Shown here one piece after another: positions 60,647 through 64,000 of a DNA stretch of 64,000 bases. Location: NCBI GenBank assembly GCA_913043205.1, contig CAJWLF010000013.1, forward strand, positions 4,787 through 68,786. The letters run 5' to 3'. The stretch's first letter is position 1; every line of letters begins with the position of its first letter. Under the pieces are notes generated by a model. The model had not been told where the DNA came from. It ran no database searches and saw only the letters and a list, made by a program, of their open reading frames with translations. Origin of the DNA: an uncultured Chloroflexota bacterium. GTDB lineage: Bacteria > Chloroflexota > UBA11872 > VXNJ01. Position numbers and translations under genes: made by a program.

Positions 60647-60818
60647 TAATATAAGTCCCCATTCGTCCGCTCCTCATTTATACGAGCTGGCAAATACCTT
60701 ACAACAGGGCGACAATATTCAGCAGCTAATTCCTTAAACAATACATAGTTGATTCCTCATATCTTTACGGCATGACCAATCCTGCAGAAACAAGATTCGT
60801 TTGCCCCTCACGGCCTAC

Positions 60819-62018
60819 TCAGGAAGAACGTAATTCCTTCAACATTTCCGACAATGTTTCCACAAAAAAGTATTCTCCCCACATCACACTCTCGTTCACT
60901 CCAAGCCCATTGTTTTCATGATATGTCCCATGCAGCAGAATGCCATCCCAATTAGGATCATCGATCGCGAGAAACCCCTTACCTGTCAGCGTGTCCATGA
61001 TACGAAAAGCAATTTCCTTGTAAGAATCAATTTTGGAATGACTTTGAGTCAATCGCGCAAGCCGCCAAAACCCCCCTGCAGCTATGGCGGCAGCCGAACT
61101 CTCATGCAAATTTGCAGGTGACGGCTCGTCCCAATCGTTCGGTGGGATGCCATGGCCAGGCGTTCGCTCTAGATAAAAGTCTGCACATTGCTCTGCTGTT
61201 GCGAGAAATCTTTCATCGTGAGTAAAAGAATATGCGGTCCCAAATCCATATATGGCCCACGCTTGGCCCCGTGCCCAAGACGAATCGGAACGCCAACCCT
61301 GATGGGTACCTTCTCGCAGAAATTCCCCTGCATCAGAAAATATACCTTCATGCGCGGTGCTACCATCACCTCGAACCAAGTACCTTCGTGTCGTCATACA
61401 ATGCTGCAATGCTATATTTTGCAGATCTTGATCACCATCCTCGGCTGCCGCATAGAAAATGATGCCAACATTCATCATGATGTCGATAAACGTGGAGTTT
61501 TTGCCGATAAATGAAGCTAGATATCTACCGCTTTCCTGAAATCTTAGGGCTTGCGTTCTGCCAGCCTGCAGAACCACTTCTTTGGCCTCATAATCACCTA
61601 AAAGATCAAACCATCGCTTCCAACTCGACCAGAACAAAAAGCCGAGGTCGTGAACGTCACGATCATATTCACGACCGATAATCAATTTTGAGTAATCTAT
61701 AGCCTTGTTTTTCCAAGAGGCATCCTGAGTCATCTCATAAAATAGCCACATCATTCCAGCAGGAAACCCATCACACCAGTTGGTCCAAGAATCTCCCTGA
61801 TGGTCCCATTTCCCCTGTTCTGTATAACAGGGTCTAAGGTTAGGATGTTCATTAGTCAGCTTCAAGACTTGCCGCTGAGCAAAACCTAGAGCTTTTTCAT
61901 ACTGATCAATTCGCAAAACACCCTCCGTCTTGCTCTGAATCCTTGCCGATATAACATGCACTAGTGATGAGCAGACATTATCCATTATCCTCTTTCCAGT
62001 AGATTTATGGCAACACAC
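60819..62018 (-). CDS. Unsaturated glucuronyl / rhamnogalacturonyl hydrolase-type glycoside hydrolase (GH88/GH105 fold)
   Basis: The protein has an (alpha/alpha)6-barrel family pattern with a DGFPAGMMWLF ... WARGQAWAIYG ... WGEYFF tryptophan-rich active-site region. Length is 399 aa. Confidence 0.65.
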   Translation of the reverse strand: MCCHKSTGKRIMDNVCSSLVHVISARIQSKTEGVLRIDQYEKALGFAQRQVLKLTNEHPNLRPCYTEQGKWDHQGDSWTNWCDGFPAGMMWLFYEMTQDASWKNKAIDYSKLIIGREYDRDVHDLGFLFWSSWKRWFDLLGDYEAKEVVLQAGRTQALRFQESGRYLASFIGKNSTFIDIMMNVGIIFYAAAEDGDQDLQNIALQHCMTTRRYLVRGDGSTAHEGIFSDAGEFLREGTHQGWRSDSSWARGQAWAIYGFGTAYSFTHDERFLATAEQCADFYLERTPGHGIPPNDWDEPSPANLHESSAAAIAAGGFWRLARLTQSHSKIDSYKEIAFRIMDTLTGKGFLAIDDPNWDGILLHGTYHENNGLGVNESVMWGEYFFVETLSEMLKELRSS

Positions 62019-62090
62019 CGTTTGAACACATTTGATATTCGTAAATATCCGTCATTTGCACGGGAAATAGAATCGTGAGGAACTATTCGT

Positions 62091-63002
62091 ATGAACGTTA
62101 ATTGGCAAGGGGTTTACCCCGCCGCAACTACCGGTTTTGACAGTGATGAAAACCTCGACTTACAAGAGACCGCCAAGCATTTTGACTACCTGATCCAATC
62201 AGGCGTACACGGTCTAGTAGCACTTGGCACCGTCGGTGAAAACACTGCTCTTACCCAACATGAAAAGATGATGGTTGTTGAAACGGCCGTCGACACGAGC
62301 AATCAGCGAGTGCCTGTTCTGATAGGAGTCGCCGAAAACTCTACGCGAGAAGCTGCCAATTTCGCCGCTTCATGTGAATCTGCGGGAGTGGACGGACTTA
62401 TGGTGTTACCGGGCATGGTATACAAGGCTGATGCTAAAGAAACAATGGATCACTTCCGCTTAGTAGCCAACGCATCTGAGTTACCAATACTGATATACAA
62501 CAATCCAGTTGCATATGGGGTCGATCTAAAGCCAGAACATTTTTCACAGCTGGCAGACGTTGAAACATTGGTCGCGATAAAAGAATCTTCCGAAGACGTG
62601 CGTAGAATTACGGACATATATAACGCAGTCGGTGAAAGATATACAATCTTTGCCGGCGTAGATGACTTAGCTTTGGAAGCGGCTATGCTCGGCGCTAAAG
62701 GATGGGTAGCCGGCCTAGTTAACGCCTTCCCAACAGAATCAGTTTTACTATGGGAACTAGCAATGTCCGGATCGTGGGAGGAAGCAAGACAGATTTATCG
62801 ATGGTTCAGCCCACTTCTCCACTTGGATACTCACATCAAGCTAGTGCAGTACATAAAACTGACTATGGCCGAAGTAGGATTAGGCTCTGAGACAGTACGC
62901 GCCCCCAGAAGACCGATAAAAGGGGAGGAACGCTCTGAGATAATGAACATTATTCGCGCGGCCATTAAATCAAGACCCAACGTCGATAGGACTCTGACAT
63001 AG
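62091..63002 (+). CDS. DapA-family Schiff-base enzyme, a candidate 1-pyrroline-4-hydroxy-2-carboxylate deaminase or other DHDPS-like lyase
   Basis: Contains GLVALGTVGE and the Schiff-base Lys in LVAIKESS. It lies 15 nt upstream of the proline-racemase-family gene. Confidence 0.75.
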   Translation: MNVNWQGVYPAATTGFDSDENLDLQETAKHFDYLIQSGVHGLVALGTVGENTALTQHEKMMVVETAVDTSNQRVPVLIGVAENSTREAANFAASCESAGVDGLMVLPGMVYKADAKETMDHFRLVANASELPILIYNNPVAYGVDLKPEHFSQLADVETLVAIKESSEDVRRITDIYNAVGERYTIFAGVDDLALEAAMLGAKGWVAGLVNAFPTESVLLWELAMSGSWEEARQIYRWFSPLLHLDTHIKLVQYIKLTMAEVGLGSETVRAPRRPIKGEERSEIMNIIRAAIKSRPNVDRTLT

Positions 63003-63016
63003 GAACAGATTCAATA

Positions 63017-63985
63017 ATGAAGCCATATCAAGAAGTAAGAGTCATAGACTCACACACCGCAGGCGAGCCCACCCGCATTGTGATTTCCGGAGGCCCCAAC
63101 TTGGGAAATGGACCATTATCAACCCGCCGAGCGAAATTTCAGTCGGACTTTGATTGGTTCAGATCAGCAACTATGAATGAACCTAGAGGATCCGAAGTGA
63201 TTGTCGGGGGTTTGTTATGTGAACCATACTTCGACGACTGTGTCGCCGGAGTCATATTTTTTAACAACGTGGGATACATCGGAATGTGCGGACACGGGAC
63301 TATAGGACTCATCTCAACGCTCGCCTTCCTAGGTGAAATACAACCAGGCGTCCATCAAATTGATACCCCTGTCGGCGTTGTTAAAGCAGAATTACTCGCA
63401 TCCGGTGAAGTCACTGTGATCAATGTACCCTCGTACTGCCATCGTAACAATGTAGAGGTCGAGCTTGATAATGGAGAAATAGTTACTGGAGACATCTCTT
63501 GGGGCGGCAACTGGTTTTTTTTGGTTGAAGCTCCAGAATTCGATTATTCGATTGCTGGTATTCCATCCCTAACTACCTATGCCAAACAAATCCGCAAAGC
63601 AATTGATAATTCGGGTATCACAGGACGCAATAATCAACGAATAGACCACATAGAGCTATTTGCCCCTCCACACTCCAACGACTCACACAGCCGCAACTTT
63701 GTCCTATGCCCTGGAGGGGCTTACGACAGATCCCCCTGTGGAACAGGAACAAGCGCAAAAATTGCAACTCTATACGAGAGTGGACAGATCAGAGAAGGCG
63801 AACTTTGGAGGCAAGAAAGCATTATCGGCAGCACTTTTGACGCCAGGGTAAATCTGGTTAATGGCCAAATCATTCCCTCCATTACCGGGACTGCCTTTGT
63901 CACTGCTGACTCCAAGTTGATTCTGGATCCTAGAGACCCATACGTCCACGGCATAGCTAGTTCAACATGTTTAACCAGCCCATAA
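63017..63985 (+). CDS. Proline racemase family enzyme with both catalytic cysteines, a candidate 4-hydroxyproline 2-epimerase or proline racemase
   Basis: The first catalytic Cys is in GYIGMCGHGTIG. The second is in DRSPCGTGTSAK. Retention of both Cys indicates an epimerase or racemase rather than a dehydratase. Confidence 0.85.
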   Translation: MKPYQEVRVIDSHTAGEPTRIVISGGPNLGNGPLSTRRAKFQSDFDWFRSATMNEPRGSEVIVGGLLCEPYFDDCVAGVIFFNNVGYIGMCGHGTIGLISTLAFLGEIQPGVHQIDTPVGVVKAELLASGEVTVINVPSYCHRNNVEVELDNGEIVTGDISWGGNWFFLVEAPEFDYSIAGIPSLTTYAKQIRKAIDNSGITGRNNQRIDHIELFAPPHSNDSHSRNFVLCPGGAYDRSPCGTGTSAKIATLYESGQIREGELWRQESIIGSTFDARVNLVNGQIIPSITGTAFVTADSKLILDPRDPYVHGIASSTCLTSP

Positions 63986-64000
63986 CAAGATGACTATGAT

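Noticed and set aside
1-64000. Mobile elements, integrases, tRNA/rRNA genes and CRISPR arrays
   Set aside because: There is no transposase, recombinase or phage-like ORF. I found no T-loop-like GTTCRANYC motifs in intergenic regions and no repeat-spacer arrays.

Overview
This is a 64 kb bacterial chromosomal segment of about 47-48% GC. Most starts have no strong Shine-Dalgarno sequence, and there are many TTG/GTG starts with 4-nt start/stop overlaps. The ORFs listed in the track that are not called below are short frames nested inside or antisense to the called genes and are treated as spurious. I found no tRNA, rRNA, CRISPR array, transposase or integrase.

Gene content from left to right:
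1. 1-7758, minus strand: an ABC-transporter-dependent surface-glycan cluster. It holds a partial membrane protein, a SAM methyltransferase, a GT4 and a GT2 glycosyltransferase, and the Wzt ATPase and Wzm permease. The methyltransferase, GT4, GT2 and Wzt all carry a related domain of about 120 aa resembling the Wzt C-terminal carbohydrate-binding module.
2. 7826-8500: a degenerate MBL-like gene.
3. pyrG and purA.
4. A complete pyrR-pyrB-pyrC-carA-carB-pyrK operon. It is preceded by a sigma70-like promoter, a textbook PyrR-binding loop and an attenuator hairpin. The hairpin stem contains the pyrR ribosome-binding site.
5. Housekeeping and accessory genes: a 1-Cys peroxiredoxin, an orphan GAF-GAF HisKA_2 histidine kinase, an MFS transporter, an amidase, an RsuA/RluB pseudouridine synthase with no canonical in-frame start, a DUF255 thioredoxin-domain protein, a RibD_C reductase, two paralogous membrane proteins, a methyltransferase, a sulfatase-like hydrolase, a quinone oxidoreductase and an aldehyde dehydrogenase.
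6. 37198-45087, minus strand: an operon reading, 5' to 3', double Cpn60, FAD oxidoreductase, secreted protein, crcB, lipoprotein, MBL hydrolase.

The most unusual part is at 41.7-49.5 kb. It holds a 1122-aa protein made of two complete GroEL/Cpn60 modules fused in tandem. A very divergent single Cpn60-like gene is transcribed divergently from it. Downstream of that sits a PFL2-family glycyl radical enzyme with its catalytic Cys/Glu and Gly-radical motif intact, then a Rieske ferredoxin. No radical-SAM activase is in the window. A fourth, canonical groEL without groES lies about 12 kb further on. None of the chaperonin genes has a CIRCE operator. Between them is a catabolic operon: an ABC sugar importer, a YdiF-like CoA-transferase, an enoyl-CoA hydratase, an SDR, an Fe-ADH and a DapA-family aldolase. 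The window ends with a GH88/GH105-type hydrolase, a DapA-family enzyme and a proline-racemase-family gene pair.
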